Positions 18,275-27,237 of a DNA stretch of 63,405 bases are shown piece after piece. The stretch spans positions 1-63,405 of the forward strand of contig CAYTOQ010000001.1 in the NCBI GenBank assembly GCA_964439445.1. The letters run 5' to 3'. Made by a program: the position numbers and the translations under genes. The notes beneath the pieces were generated by a model. It was not told the DNA's origin. It saw only the letters and a program-made list of their open reading frames with translations, and searched no databases. The number at the start of each line of letters is the position of its first letter. Position 1 is the first letter of the stretch. The stretch comes from an uncultured Clostridium sp. GTDB taxonomy: Bacteria; Bacillota; Clostridia; Lachnospirales; Lachnospiraceae.

Positions 18275-19805
18275 ACTTTACAAATGGCGGGATGCTTGTT
18301 AAACCGAAACATACCACGATTCCAATCAACAATAGTATCTGTTGATTGATGAGTTGTTTGGTTTGTATAATTTGGTATAGATAATAAAAAGCCGCACCAA
18401 GAATCGTGAAAGTACATCCGGGCAGGAAAATACTATCAAAAAAATGTAGTTGAAATGTAACTTGTTTTTGAACTTTGTGAAGACATGCGAATGTTAAAAA
18501 TAAATAGCTGACAAATAATCCTATGGTATATCCGAACATCCCAAGTGTTGGTATTGCAAGCTGAATGAAGCTGATGCGGATGATGGTGGCAATCATTGTG
18601 TATAACAGGTTAGAGGTTGCGTATCCAAGTCCATTTAAAATGCTGGCAAGGGTTGTGGCGAGATAGATAAGTGGGCATAGGAAGGAAAGCTGGTATAGAT
18701 ATGTACCAGCTTCTTTATTTTGGAAAAGTAAAAATCCAATATCCTCTCCAAAAATATAGAAGGTGATAAAAGAAAATACTCCTATTAGTAGGCAAAAGTG
18801 CATACTTTTTTCGCAAAGCTTAGAGAGGTATCCTTTTTCTAGATTTGATTGGGCTGAAGATACTGCTGGTAACAACATTGTAGACAGGGCGTTGGTAATG
18901 GTAGATGGAAACATGATAAAAGGGAATGCCATGCCGGTAAACACACCATAGTGGGTAAGGCTTTCGGTGGAACTGTTGTAAAAGAGTAAAAGTGCAGATG
19001 GAATCATAATGGATTCAAGACTCTGTAAGGTTGTAAGCGAAAGTCTGTTTGTGGTTAATGGAATCGAATTTTTCAAAAAAATATGAATGCACTTTTCTTG
19101 ATGGATTGACGGTGTAGTATAAAGGTATCTGTTTTTGCTTCGATGATGAATAAGAGAGAGTATAGAATACAAGAATGCAATAATCTCACCGATTACGATG
19201 CCCCATAACGCGAAAGTTGCATTATAGCTGTTTTTTACACAAATGTAAGTTGCCACTAAGTAAAGTCCAAGCACCTTTGCAACTTGTTCCAAAAAATCAG
19301 AAATACCATGTACGCTAGGTTTTTCGAGACCGAGAAAGTATCCGTGAATAGCACCCTTCATTGCCATAAATGGAATTCCATAGCAAACTACTTTAAGACA
19401 TGGCGTACATTCGGGAGCTTTTAGAATATAAGTGCATAGCCAGTTAGCGTTTTGATACATAATAGTAGCAGTAGTTAAGCCAAGTAATAAATTTAGTATA
19501 AAACAGATGCGAAACATGGATTGGACAGTTCCGTATTCCTTACGACTGCTATATTCTGATACAAGCTTGGTTAAGGCTAACTCGCTGCCATAGGTGGTAA
19601 AGGAAAATGCAACCATATAAAGAGGAAGAATTAGCTGATAGATTCCCATTTCCGTCGCACCGATTAACCCGGATAGGAATATTCTATTATAGAAACCAAT
19701 AATACGGGTGGAAAAGCCTGCTATGATTAGAATAAGAGTTCCTTTTATTACGAGATTACTTGTAATGCGTTGTTTTATGTTACGAAGAAAAACGGTATGT
19801 TTCAT
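18243..19805 (-). CDS. spoVB: MOP-superfamily flippase, stage V sporulation protein B-like
   Basis: It has about 14 TM segments. The N-terminal VIKGTLILIIAGFSTRIIGFYNRIFLSGLIGATEMGIYQL is typical of the SpoVB/MurJ-like polysaccharide biosynthesis protein family. Confidence 0.7.
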   Translation of the reverse strand: MKHTVFLRNIKQRITSNLVIKGTLILIIAGFSTRIIGFYNRIFLSGLIGATEMGIYQLILPLYMVAFSFTTYGSELALTKLVSEYSSRKEYGTVQSMFRICFILNLLLGLTTATIMYQNANWLCTYILKAPECTPCLKVVCYGIPFMAMKGAIHGYFLGLEKPSVHGISDFLEQVAKVLGLYLVATYICVKNSYNATFALWGIVIGEIIAFLYSILSLIHHRSKNRYLYTTPSIHQEKCIHIFLKNSIPLTTNRLSLTTLQSLESIMIPSALLLFYNSSTESLTHYGVFTGMAFPFIMFPSTITNALSTMLLPAVSSAQSNLEKGYLSKLCEKSMHFCLLIGVFSFITFYIFGEDIGFLLFQNKEAGTYLYQLSFLCPLIYLATTLASILNGLGYATSNLLYTMIATIIRISFIQLAIPTLGMFGYTIGLFVSYLFLTFACLHKVQKQVTFQLHFFDSIFLPGCTFTILGAAFYYLYQIIQTKQLINQQILLLIGIVVCFGLTSIPPFVKSICKARPQPH

Positions 19806-19908
19806 AGCAAGCTCCAATACATTTATTGCTAAAGTATGTATATGTTTATAATAGAAAATTATACCAATAAAGATTATATTAATAAAAAGTAGTTCGTTGT
19901 GTATATAC

Positions 19909-19937
19909 TTGACAGAATAAGGAAATACTGATATATT
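19909..19937 (+). promoter_or_regulatory. Sigma-A-type promoter upstream of the Rrf2-nifS-iscU operon
   Basis: TTGACA, a 17-nt spacer, then TATATT, about 48 nt upstream of the TTG start. Confidence 0.5.
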
Positions 19938-19984
19938 AGCAATGTGATATCCGACTAATTTAGTGGGAATTGAGGTGATGAAGA

Positions 19985-20443
19985 TTGAAATTATCTACAA
20001 AAGGAAGATATGGTTTACGTGCAATGATTGATTTGGCGGATTATTCAGAGGAAATGCCCCAATCTATTGCCAATATTGCAGCGAGACAATCCATATCAGA
20101 TAGTTATTTGGAGCAACTGATGGCAAAATTGAAAAAAGCTGGATTGATAGAAAGTATTCGAGGTGCGCAGGGTGGTTATGTGCTTGCGAAAAATAGTAGT
20201 GAGATTAGTGTTGGGGATATCCTGCGAGCGTTGGAGGGAGATTTGATTCCTGTGAAATGCTCTGAATTGGATGGAAATAGTGAGTGTTCGGGTAGTGATT
20301 GTTGCGTGACCAAACATGTTTGGAAACGAATTAATGACAGCATCCAAGAGGCTGTAGATGGTATATGTTTGAGTGAGCTTGTGGAGGATAACCGCAAAAT
20401 AAGAATGAGTGTTGGAAAAGAAATGAATAAATGTGATGTTTAG
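19985..20443 (+). CDS. Rrf2-family transcriptional regulator (IscR-like, Cys-containing)
   Basis: KLSTKGRYGLRAMIDLA is an Rrf2 N-terminus. A Cys cluster (VKCSELDGNSECSGSDCCV) is consistent with Fe-S ligation. The TTG start has a GAGGTG SD. Confidence 0.85.
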   Translation: MKLSTKGRYGLRAMIDLADYSEEMPQSIANIAARQSISDSYLEQLMAKLKKAGLIESIRGAQGGYVLAKNSSEISVGDILRALEGDLIPVKCSELDGNSECSGSDCCVTKHVWKRINDSIQEAVDGICLSELVEDNRKIRMSVGKEMNKCDV

Positions 20444-20527
20444 TGATAAAATTTATTAGAAATGGAAGAAAGTGTGCAATGTAGGCACTTTATATAGTTG
20501 GAATGGAAAGAAAAGAGGAATGAAATT

Positions 20528-21715
20528 ATGGAAGAAAAACGTTTTATTTATTTGGATCATGCGGCAACGACGCCTGTGAGACCGGAAGTTGTGGAGACTA
20601 TGCTCCCATATTTCACAAAGGAGTTTGGTAATCCTTCTAGTGTGTATTCGTTTTCACAGAAGAACAAGGTGGTTATTACAGAATGTAGAGAGCGCATCGC
20701 AAAAAGCCTGAATGCAAAAAGCAATGAAATTTATTTCACTGCTGGTGGCACCGAGTCAGATAACTGGGCACTGAAAGCTACAGCGGAGGCTTACGAGAAG
20801 AAAGGAAAGCATATTATTACAACAAAAATAGAGCATCATGCTATTTTGCATACGGCAAAGAGTCTAGAAGACAAGGGCTTTGAGGTGACCTATTTAGATG
20901 TGGATGAGAATGGTGTGGTAAAGCTTGAACAGTTGAAACAAGCAATTCGTCCAGATACGATTTTAATATCGGTTATGTATGCCAACAATGAAATTGGTAC
21001 AATTCAACCGATAAAAGAAATTGGTAAAATTGCAAAAGAACATGGAATTCTTTTCCATACAGATGCAGTACAGGCTTATGGGCAGGTGCCAATCGATGTG
21101 GATGAATGTAATATTGATATGCTAAGTGCCAGTGGTCACAAGTTAAATGGTCCGAAAGGAATTGGATTTTTGTATATCCGTACAGGCTTAAAACTTCGCA
21201 ACTTTGTGCACGGTGGTGCACAGGAACGTTCTAGACGTGCAGGAACGGAAAATGTGACGGGTATCGTTGGCTTGGCAAAGGCAGTAGAAATCGCGTTTGA
21301 CACAATGAGGGAGCGCACAGAAAAAGAAGTAGAGATGAGAGAACATTTAATCGAGCGTATTATGCAGGAAATTCCGTATGTGCGTTTGAATGGTCATCGA
21401 AAAGACAGACTTCCGAATAATGTGAATATCAGTTTTCAATTTATTGAAGGTGAGTCCTTGTTGATTATGTTAGATATGGCAGGGATTTGTGCATCGTCAG
21501 GTTCGGCCTGCACATCTGGCTCCCTTGACCCTTCGCATGTGTTGCTTGCAATCGGACTACCACATGAGATTGCTCATGGTTCTCTTAGACTTACGGTAGG
21601 AGATGAGAATACGATGGAGGAGATGGATTACGTTGTAGAACAAGTGAAGACGATTGTACAGAAGCTTCGTGATATGTCACCTTTGTATGAGGACTTTATG
21701 AAAAAGAATAGATAA
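20528..21715 (+). CDS. nifS: Cysteine desulfurase (NifS/IscS class)
   Basis: FIYLDHAATTP, the PLP-Lys motif SASGHKLNGPKG, and the active-site loop SSGSACTSGS are present. Confidence 0.9.
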   Translation: MEEKRFIYLDHAATTPVRPEVVETMLPYFTKEFGNPSSVYSFSQKNKVVITECRERIAKSLNAKSNEIYFTAGGTESDNWALKATAEAYEKKGKHIITTKIEHHAILHTAKSLEDKGFEVTYLDVDENGVVKLEQLKQAIRPDTILISVMYANNEIGTIQPIKEIGKIAKEHGILFHTDAVQAYGQVPIDVDECNIDMLSASGHKLNGPKGIGFLYIRTGLKLRNFVHGGAQERSRRAGTENVTGIVGLAKAVEIAFDTMRERTEKEVEMREHLIERIMQEIPYVRLNGHRKDRLPNNVNISFQFIEGESLLIMLDMAGICASSGSACTSGSLDPSHVLLAIGLPHEIAHGSLRLTVGDENTMEEMDYVVEQVKTIVQKLRDMSPLYEDFMKKNR

Positions 21716-21773
21716 ATGTTTTGAATGATATTATAATGTGATACGCGTTAAATGACGCAAGGAGGAATACAAT

Positions 21774-22211
21774 ATGTATAGTGAAAAAGTAATGGATCAT
21801 TTTACAAATCCGCGAAATATGGGAGAAATAGAGAATGCCAGTGGTGTTGGAACGGTTGGTAATGCAAAATGTGGAGATATTATGCGCATCTATTTTGATA
21901 TAGATGAGAATCAGGTGATCCAGGATGTGAAGTTTAAAACCTTTGGCTGTGGAGCTGCGGTAGCAACAAGCTCTATGGCAACAGAGCTTGTAAAAGGAAA
22001 GACAATTTATGAGGCGTTACAGGTTACCAATAAGGCAGTTATGGAGGCTTTAGATGGACTTCCACCAGTGAAGGTACACTGCTCTTTGTTAGCGGAGGAA
22101 GCGATTCATGCGGCTCTTTGGGATTATTGCGAGAAAAATGACATTAAGATTGAAGGTTTGTCAAAACCGAAAAATGATATAAGTGAAGAGGAAGAAGAAG
22201 AGGTTTATTAA
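21774..22211 (+). CDS. iscU: Fe-S cluster assembly scaffold (IscU/NifU N-terminal type)
   Basis: HFTNPRNMG, GNAKCGDIM, FKTFGCGAAVA and KVHCSLLA carry the three conserved Cys residues. Confidence 0.9.
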   Translation: MYSEKVMDHFTNPRNMGEIENASGVGTVGNAKCGDIMRIYFDIDENQVIQDVKFKTFGCGAAVATSSMATELVKGKTIYEALQVTNKAVMEALDGLPPVKVHCSLLAEEAIHAALWDYCEKNDIKIEGLSKPKNDISEEEEEEVY

Positions 22212-22284
22212 GTGCTATATAAGGATGAGAAATCGTGTTTATTTGCATATTAATGTTGTATATGTCTGATTTGGAGGACAGAAT

Positions 22285-23370
22285 ATGAAGAAAAAAGTTG
22301 CAATTGGTATGTCCGGAGGAGTAGACTCCTCTGTTGCGGCTTATTTGCTAAAGGAACAGGGCTATGATGTTATAGGTATTACTATGCAGATATGGCAGGA
22401 TGAAGATCCGCTTGTATCTGCAGAAAATGGTGGTTGCTGTGGATTGTCTGCGGTGGATGATGCTAGAAGAGTAGCAGATATGCTGGATATCCCTTATTAT
22501 GTTTTGAATTTCAAACGTGAATTTAAAAAAAATGTAATCGATTATTTTATGAATGAGTATATGCATGCGAGAACACCCAACCCCTGTATTGCGTGTAACC
22601 GGTATGTGAAATGGGAAGCTTTGTTGCAGCGTGCAATGGAGCTTGGTTGTGATTATATTGCAACAGGTCATTACGCAAGAGTTTGTAAGCTTTCTAATGG
22701 AAGGTTTGCATTGCGAAAATCTGCAACGGTTCGTAAGGATCAGACTTATGCTTTATATAATTTAACACAGGAACAGCTTTCACGTACCCTGATGCCAGTC
22801 GGTGAATACGAAAAAGAAGAGATTCGTAAGATTGCACAAGAGATTGGCTTACTGGTGGCAGATAAAAAGGATAGTCAGGAAATCTGTTTTATACCGGATA
22901 ATGATTATGCGTCATATATAAAAACTGAAACCGGGATAGATTTTCAGGAAGGTAACTTTGTGGACCTTCAGGGAAATGTATTGGGAAAGCATAAAGGAAT
23001 TATACATTATACGGTCGGACAAAGAAAAGGGCTGGGGTTATCATTAGGTGCGCCTGCATTTGTGGTAGAACTTCGCCCGGAAAGCAATGAAGTTGTGATT
23101 GGAACCAATCAAGATACATTTCATAGTAGTTTGCTTGCGAATCAAGTTAATTTTATGTCGGTGGCAGATATTGAGGATGAGATGAAGGTAACCGCTAAGA
23201 TTCGTTACTCTCATCAGGGTGCAGAGTGTATTGTGAAGAGGATAAATGGGGAGCAGGTGCTTTGTCATTTTGCCGAGCCGGTTCGGGCAATTACACCGGG
23301 ACAAGCGGTTGTATTTTACCAGAATGATATAGTTGTTGGCGGTGCAACGATTATAAAAGCATCGGAATAG
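22285..23370 (+). CDS. mnmA: tRNA 2-thiouridine(34) synthase
   Basis: The PP-loop is [29 protein letters not shown] and KDQTYAL are also present. Confidence 0.95.
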   Translation: MKKKVAIGMSGGVDSSVAAYLLKEQGYDVIGITMQIWQDEDPLVSAENGGCCGLSAVDDARRVADMLDIPYYVLNFKREFKKNVIDYFMNEYMHARTPNPCIACNRYVKWEALLQRAMELGCDYIATGHYARVCKLSNGRFALRKSATVRKDQTYALYNLTQEQLSRTLMPVGEYEKEEIRKIAQEIGLLVADKKDSQEICFIPDNDYASYIKTETGIDFQEGNFVDLQGNVLGKHKGIIHYTVGQRKGLGLSLGAPAFVVELRPESNEVVIGTNQDTFHSSLLANQVNFMSVADIEDEMKVTAKIRYSHQGAECIVKRINGEQVLCHFAEPVRAITPGQAVVFYQNDIVVGGATIIKASE

Positions 23371-23490
23371 AATTGGCCGAGGGGAATTTTTGCGGTGAAT
23401 GGGATGATAGAAAGTGATTTGTGTTTTAAAAGAATGTATTGTATAATGGAAAGGATGTTTTTGAGAGATTAAGAAAAGGGTGTCAGTGTA

Positions 23491-24393
23491 ATGTATGTAG
23501 AGAATATTTTAGATTTGATTGGCAATACGCCGTTGGTTAGTTTAAAACAGACGACAGGACTTAACATTTTTGCAAAGGCGGAATTTTTGAATCCGGGTGG
23601 TTCCATTAAGGATCGAATTGCAAAGAATATGTTGGATGTGGCAGAACAGGAAGGAAAATTGAAACCAGGAATGACGATTATAGAGCCTACATCAGGCAAT
23701 ACCGGTATTGGGTTAGCGTTATGTGGTATTCGAAAGGGGTATCCTGTTATTATCGTGATGCCGGAAAATATGAGTGAAGAGCGCAAGAAAATTATCCGTG
23801 CCCTTGGTGCAGAACTTGTATTGACTCCGGCAGAGTTATCCATTGGTGGTTGTGTGGATAAGGCAAATGAAATATATAACAGTAGTGATAAGTATTTTAT
23901 GCCACAACAATTTCAAAATCCAGCTAATCCGGATATTCATTATACGACTACTGGTCCTGAAATATGGGAGCAGATCGAGGGTAAGGCAGATATTTATGTA
24001 TCGGGTATTGGAAGTGGTGGAACTCTTCAGGGGGTTGGAAAATACTTGAGAGAAAAGAATCCGGATTGTAAGATTGTAGCGGTAGAACCTAAGAATGTTT
24101 CTGCGCTATTGGGACACGAGCCGGGTTTACATCAGATTCAAGGAATTGGAGATGGTTTTGTGCCGGATGTGTTGGATGTCGATATGATTGATGATATTGT
24201 GGAAGTAACAGATGAGGATGCAATAGCGACTGCCAGAGAGCTTGCAAAGGTGCAAGGACTTCTGTGTGGAACCAGTTCTGGAGCAAATGTGTGGGCTGCA
24301 AAAAAGATGGCAGAAAAGTATGGAAAAGATAAGGTGATTGTAACCGTTTTGGCAGATCGAGTGGAACGTTATTTTAGTACAAGTTTGATTTAG
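23491..24393 (+). CDS. cysK: Cysteine synthase A (O-acetylserine sulfhydrylase)
   Basis: LIGNTPLV, the PLP lysine in NPGGSIKDR, TSGNTGIGLA and GIGSGGTL are present. Confidence 0.9.
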   Translation: MYVENILDLIGNTPLVSLKQTTGLNIFAKAEFLNPGGSIKDRIAKNMLDVAEQEGKLKPGMTIIEPTSGNTGIGLALCGIRKGYPVIIVMPENMSEERKKIIRALGAELVLTPAELSIGGCVDKANEIYNSSDKYFMPQQFQNPANPDIHYTTTGPEIWEQIEGKADIYVSGIGSGGTLQGVGKYLREKNPDCKIVAVEPKNVSALLGHEPGLHQIQGIGDGFVPDVLDVDMIDDIVEVTDEDAIATARELAKVQGLLCGTSSGANVWAAKKMAEKYGKDKVIVTVLADRVERYFSTSLI

Positions 24394-24489
24394 TGAAATG
24401 AATCACGACTACTTGTCAGGACTGTGAAGGCTTGCAAGATGGATGAGTGCATTATTTTTGCTTGATAACATATAGTTAGGAGGAGTATT

Positions 24490-25659
24490 ATGACAAAAAT
24501 AGATATTATTTCAGGTTTTTTAGGAGCCGGAAAGACGACTTTAATCAAAAAATTGATTGAGGAAGGATTTCAAGGAGAAAAGCTTGTATTAATTGAGAAT
24601 GAGTTTGGTGAAATCGGAATTGATGGTGGATTTTTGAAGGATGCAGGAGTTCAGATTAATGAGATGAATTCAGGTTGTATTTGTTGTTCGCTAGTGGGTG
24701 ATTTTGGCGAAGCTTTAAAGCAAGTGTTAACGGATTACACACCGGATCGTATTATTATTGAGCCATCTGGTGTTGGTAAGCTATCGGATGTGATGAAAGC
24801 TGTTGCAGATATGGAGGAAACTGATATTGTGATTAATTCTGCATCGGCGGTAGTAGATGCACAGAAGTGCAAAATGTATATGAAGAATTTTGGAGAATTC
24901 TTTAATAATCAGATTGAAAATGCTGGCACAATCATTTTAAGTAGAAGTCAAAAAATGAAGGAAGATAAATTGGAACTGGTTGTTGCGATGTTAAAAGAAC
25001 ATAATGAGAAGGCGACTATTATCACTACAGCTTGGGATGATATTGATGGTAAGCAGATTGTAGCTGCAATGGAAAAAGAGAAATCTTTAGTGGAAGAGTT
25101 GATGGAAGAGGCTAAGGTATGTCCAACTTGCGGACGCGTTCATGATCACCATCATGATCACGACCACGAGCATCACCACGAGGATGAGTGTTGTCACCAT
25201 CATGACCATGACCACGAGCATCACCACGAGGATGAGTGTTGTCACCATCATGACCACGACCATGAGCATCACCACGAGGATGAGTGTTGTCACCATCATG
25301 ACCATGACCATGAGCATCACCACGAGGATGAGTGTTGTCACCATCATGACCATGAGCATCACCATCATCATCATGCGGATGATGTGTTTACCAGTTGGGG
25401 AGTTGAGACGCCTCACAAGTATGAAAAGAGTGAAATGGAACGTATTCTTAAGGTACTTGCTGATGGTGAAAATCAAGAGTTTGGTATCATTTTGCGTGCC
25501 AAGGGAATGGTTCCGGATACAGAAGGCGGTTGGATTTACTTTGATTTAACTCCAGAAGAGTATGAGTTGAGAAGTGGACAGCCAGATGTTACGGGTAAGC
25601 TTTGTGTGATTGGTAGCGGTTTGAATGAGGATAAGATAGCAAAATTATTTCACGTTTAG
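24490..25659 (+). CDS. COG0523/CobW-family G3E GTPase metallochaperone with a His/Cys-rich repeat insertion
   Basis: It has Walker A (GFLGAGKTT), the CXCC motif (GCICCS), IIIEPSG, then four HHHDHDHEHHHEDECC units, then a CobW C-terminal-like domain. Confidence 0.85.
   Translation: MTKIDIISGFLGAGKTTLIKKLIEEGFQGEKLVLIENEFGEIGIDGGFLKDAGVQINEMNSGCICCSLVGDFGEALKQVLTDYTPDRIIIEPSGVGKLSDVMKAVADMEETDIVINSASAVVDAQKCKMYMKNFGEFFNNQIENAGTIILSRSQKMKEDKLELVVAMLKEHNEKATIITTAWDDIDGKQIVAAMEKEKSLVEELMEEAKVCPTCGRVHDHHHDHDHEHHHEDECCHHHDHDHEHHHEDECCHHHDHDHEHHHEDECCHHHDHDHEHHHEDECCHHHDHEHHHHHHADDVFTSWGVETPHKYEKSEMERILKVLADGENQEFGIILRAKGMVPDTEGGWIYFDLTPEEYELRSGQPDVTGKLCVIGSGLNEDKIAKLFHV
25147..25374 (+). repeat. 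In-frame 48-bp tandem repeat (4 full copies plus a partial) inside the CobW gene
   Basis: The unit is caccatcatgaccatgaccacgagcatcaccacgaggatgagtgttgt. It recurs at 25147, 25195, 25243 and 25291 with only synonymous-type differences. Confidence 0.9.
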
Positions 25660-25737
25660 GATTATATAAGAAAGGACCCGTTGTTCAAATGGAGGAATAG
25701 CGGGTTTCTTTGAATAGAGTAGGAAGGAAGCGTAGAT

Positions 25738-26691
25738 ATGAGAAAGCAGGAAAAAGAAATTCCGGTATTTGTCTTTATGGGATTTTTGGAATCTGGAAAG
25801 ACACAGTTTTGTAGTGAAACTTTGATTGACCGCAATTTTACAGAAGGAGATCCTACCCTTTTGATTGTTACGGAAGAGGGAATCGAGGAATATGAAGAAG
25901 AAGAGCTAAAAAAACGCAATATTTCAGTGGTGTATTTAGAAGAAGAGGATATTAATACAGAAAAGCTTTTGGATTTGCAGGACGAGTATAATCCGCAGGC
26001 CGTTATGATTGAATATAATGGAATGTGGCAATTGGATAAATTGTTTTCAATCCGTGTGCCAAAAGGATGGACGATTGTTCAGGTCATTACATTGATTGAT
26101 GCCACTACATTTACAGTGTATAATAATAATATGAAATCATTAATGCTTGAGCATATACAAAATGCAGATATGGTAGTATTTAATCGTTGTACAGATGCTT
26201 CGGATATTAATACGATGCGTATGGCTGTTAAAACGGTAAACCGTCGCGCGCAGATTGTGTTTGAAAATGTGAATGGACAGGCGCAGGTAGATAACGGTGA
26301 AATGGAAATTCCTTATGATATGGATGCGGATGTAATTGAGATAGCAGATGAGGATTACGGAATTTTCTATATTGATGCGTCAGATAATCCTGTAAAATAT
26401 ATCGACAGGGTTGTGAAGTTTAAAGGACAAGTGTATTGTCCACCACAGTATAAAGGAAAAGCCTTCGTACCCGGTCGTTTTGCGATGACCTGTTGTGCAG
26501 AAGATATTACTTTTTTAGGTTTTAAATGTGTAACTTTAGAAACTGCGAATCTGAAGGATAGAGAATGGGTGACAGTAACTGCTAAGGTTAAGTGTGAGTT
26601 TTATGAGGAATTTGATGGAGACGGACCGGTTCTGTATCCGCAAAAGATTGAAAAGGCAGAGAAGCCGGAGGAAGAGGTGGTGTATTTCTAA
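25738..26691 (+). CDS. CobW-like P-loop domain fused to a DUF1980/TIGR03943-like C-terminal domain
   Basis: The N-terminus has Walker A (GFLESGKT), LLIVTEEG and VVFNRCTD, but no CXCC. The C-terminus has GRFAMTCCAEDITFLGF and ends ...PEEEVVYF, resembling the CC-motif domain of TIGR03943-family proteins. This is recognition by eye. Confidence 0.6.
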   Translation: MRKQEKEIPVFVFMGFLESGKTQFCSETLIDRNFTEGDPTLLIVTEEGIEEYEEEELKKRNISVVYLEEEDINTEKLLDLQDEYNPQAVMIEYNGMWQLDKLFSIRVPKGWTIVQVITLIDATTFTVYNNNMKSLMLEHIQNADMVVFNRCTDASDINTMRMAVKTVNRRAQIVFENVNGQAQVDNGEMEIPYDMDADVIEIADEDYGIFYIDASDNPVKYIDRVVKFKGQVYCPPQYKGKAFVPGRFAMTCCAEDITFLGFKCVTLETANLKDREWVTVTAKVKCEFYEEFDGDGPVLYPQKIEKAEKPEEEVVYF

Positions 26692-26766
26692 TATTAAATA
26701 AGGAACACGGAAAGAAATGATTCTGTCTAAACATAATAAGTTTGAGTTTTGAAAGGAGAATAGAAG

Positions 26767-27063
26767 ATGGCATTGAATGATTTTTTGGATAAGGTGATGG
26801 AGAAATCCTCGAATGCGGTTGACAAGGCAAAGGATACAACAAAGAGACTTGCTACTGTAAATGAATTAAAGGGAAAGATTCGCGGATATAACAATGATAA
26901 GAATAAGTTATTTACTCAAATTGGTATGGACATTTATATTGCAAAGAAGCAGGATGAGTCGATAGATGATAAAATCGATGAGTTTGTTTCGCAGGTGGAT
27001 ACATTGAATGTTCGTATCAAGAATTTACAAGAAAAGTTGGCTTTAGTCGAGGCAGAAGAGTAA
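26767..27063 (+). CDS. Hypothetical 98-aa coiled-coil protein
   Basis: A good SD (GAAAGGAG) precedes the ATG. The sequence is charged and helical, with no recognisable family. Confidence 0.5.
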   Translation: MALNDFLDKVMEKSSNAVDKAKDTTKRLATVNELKGKIRGYNNDKNKLFTQIGMDIYIAKKQDESIDDKIDEFVSQVDTLNVRIKNLQEKLALVEAEE

Positions 27064-27073
27064 GATTTGCTTG

Positions 27074-27102
27074 TTGACAAAACAACATATATTCAATATA
27101 AT
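27074..27102 (+). promoter_or_regulatory. Sigma-A consensus promoter upstream of the fab operon
   Basis: TTGACA, a 17-nt spacer, then TATAAT. Both hexamers match the consensus exactly. Confidence 0.55.
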
Positions 27103-27108
27103 TTTAAT

Positions 27109-27144
27109 AATAATAGACTCATATAGTACTATGAGTCTATTATT
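27109..27144. promoter_or_regulatory. Perfect 15-bp inverted repeat just downstream of the -10: candidate operator for the fab regulator, or a hairpin
   Basis: AATAATAGACTCATA - tagtac - TATGAGTCTATTATT, starting 7 nt after the TATAAT. Confidence 0.5.
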
Positions 27145-27237
27145 GTGTGCTTATAATAATGCAAAGAAAGGGCTGTTATAAGTACAGTGGATTTGGATAA
27201 CATAGTAGGAGATTATAACAGAAGAAAGAGGTATGTA

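Noticed and set aside
23469-23843. 124-aa minus-strand ORF overlapping the cysK start
   Set aside because: It is antisense to cysK, which has unambiguous PLP-enzyme motifs. There is no independent signal.
24394-24489. Zur box upstream of the CobW pair
   Set aside because: I saw no AT-rich palindrome resembling the Firmicute Zur operator, only an 8-nt CTTGCAAG palindrome. I cannot exclude a divergent site without a matrix scan.
25087-25549. Track ORFs 25087-25476 (-) and 25142-25549 (+) with repetitive MVT/ITT-rich translations
   Set aside because: They are alternative-frame and antisense readings of the 48-bp His/Cys repeat inside the CobW gene. The repeat periodicity keeps these frames open. 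They have no SD sequence and no independent support.
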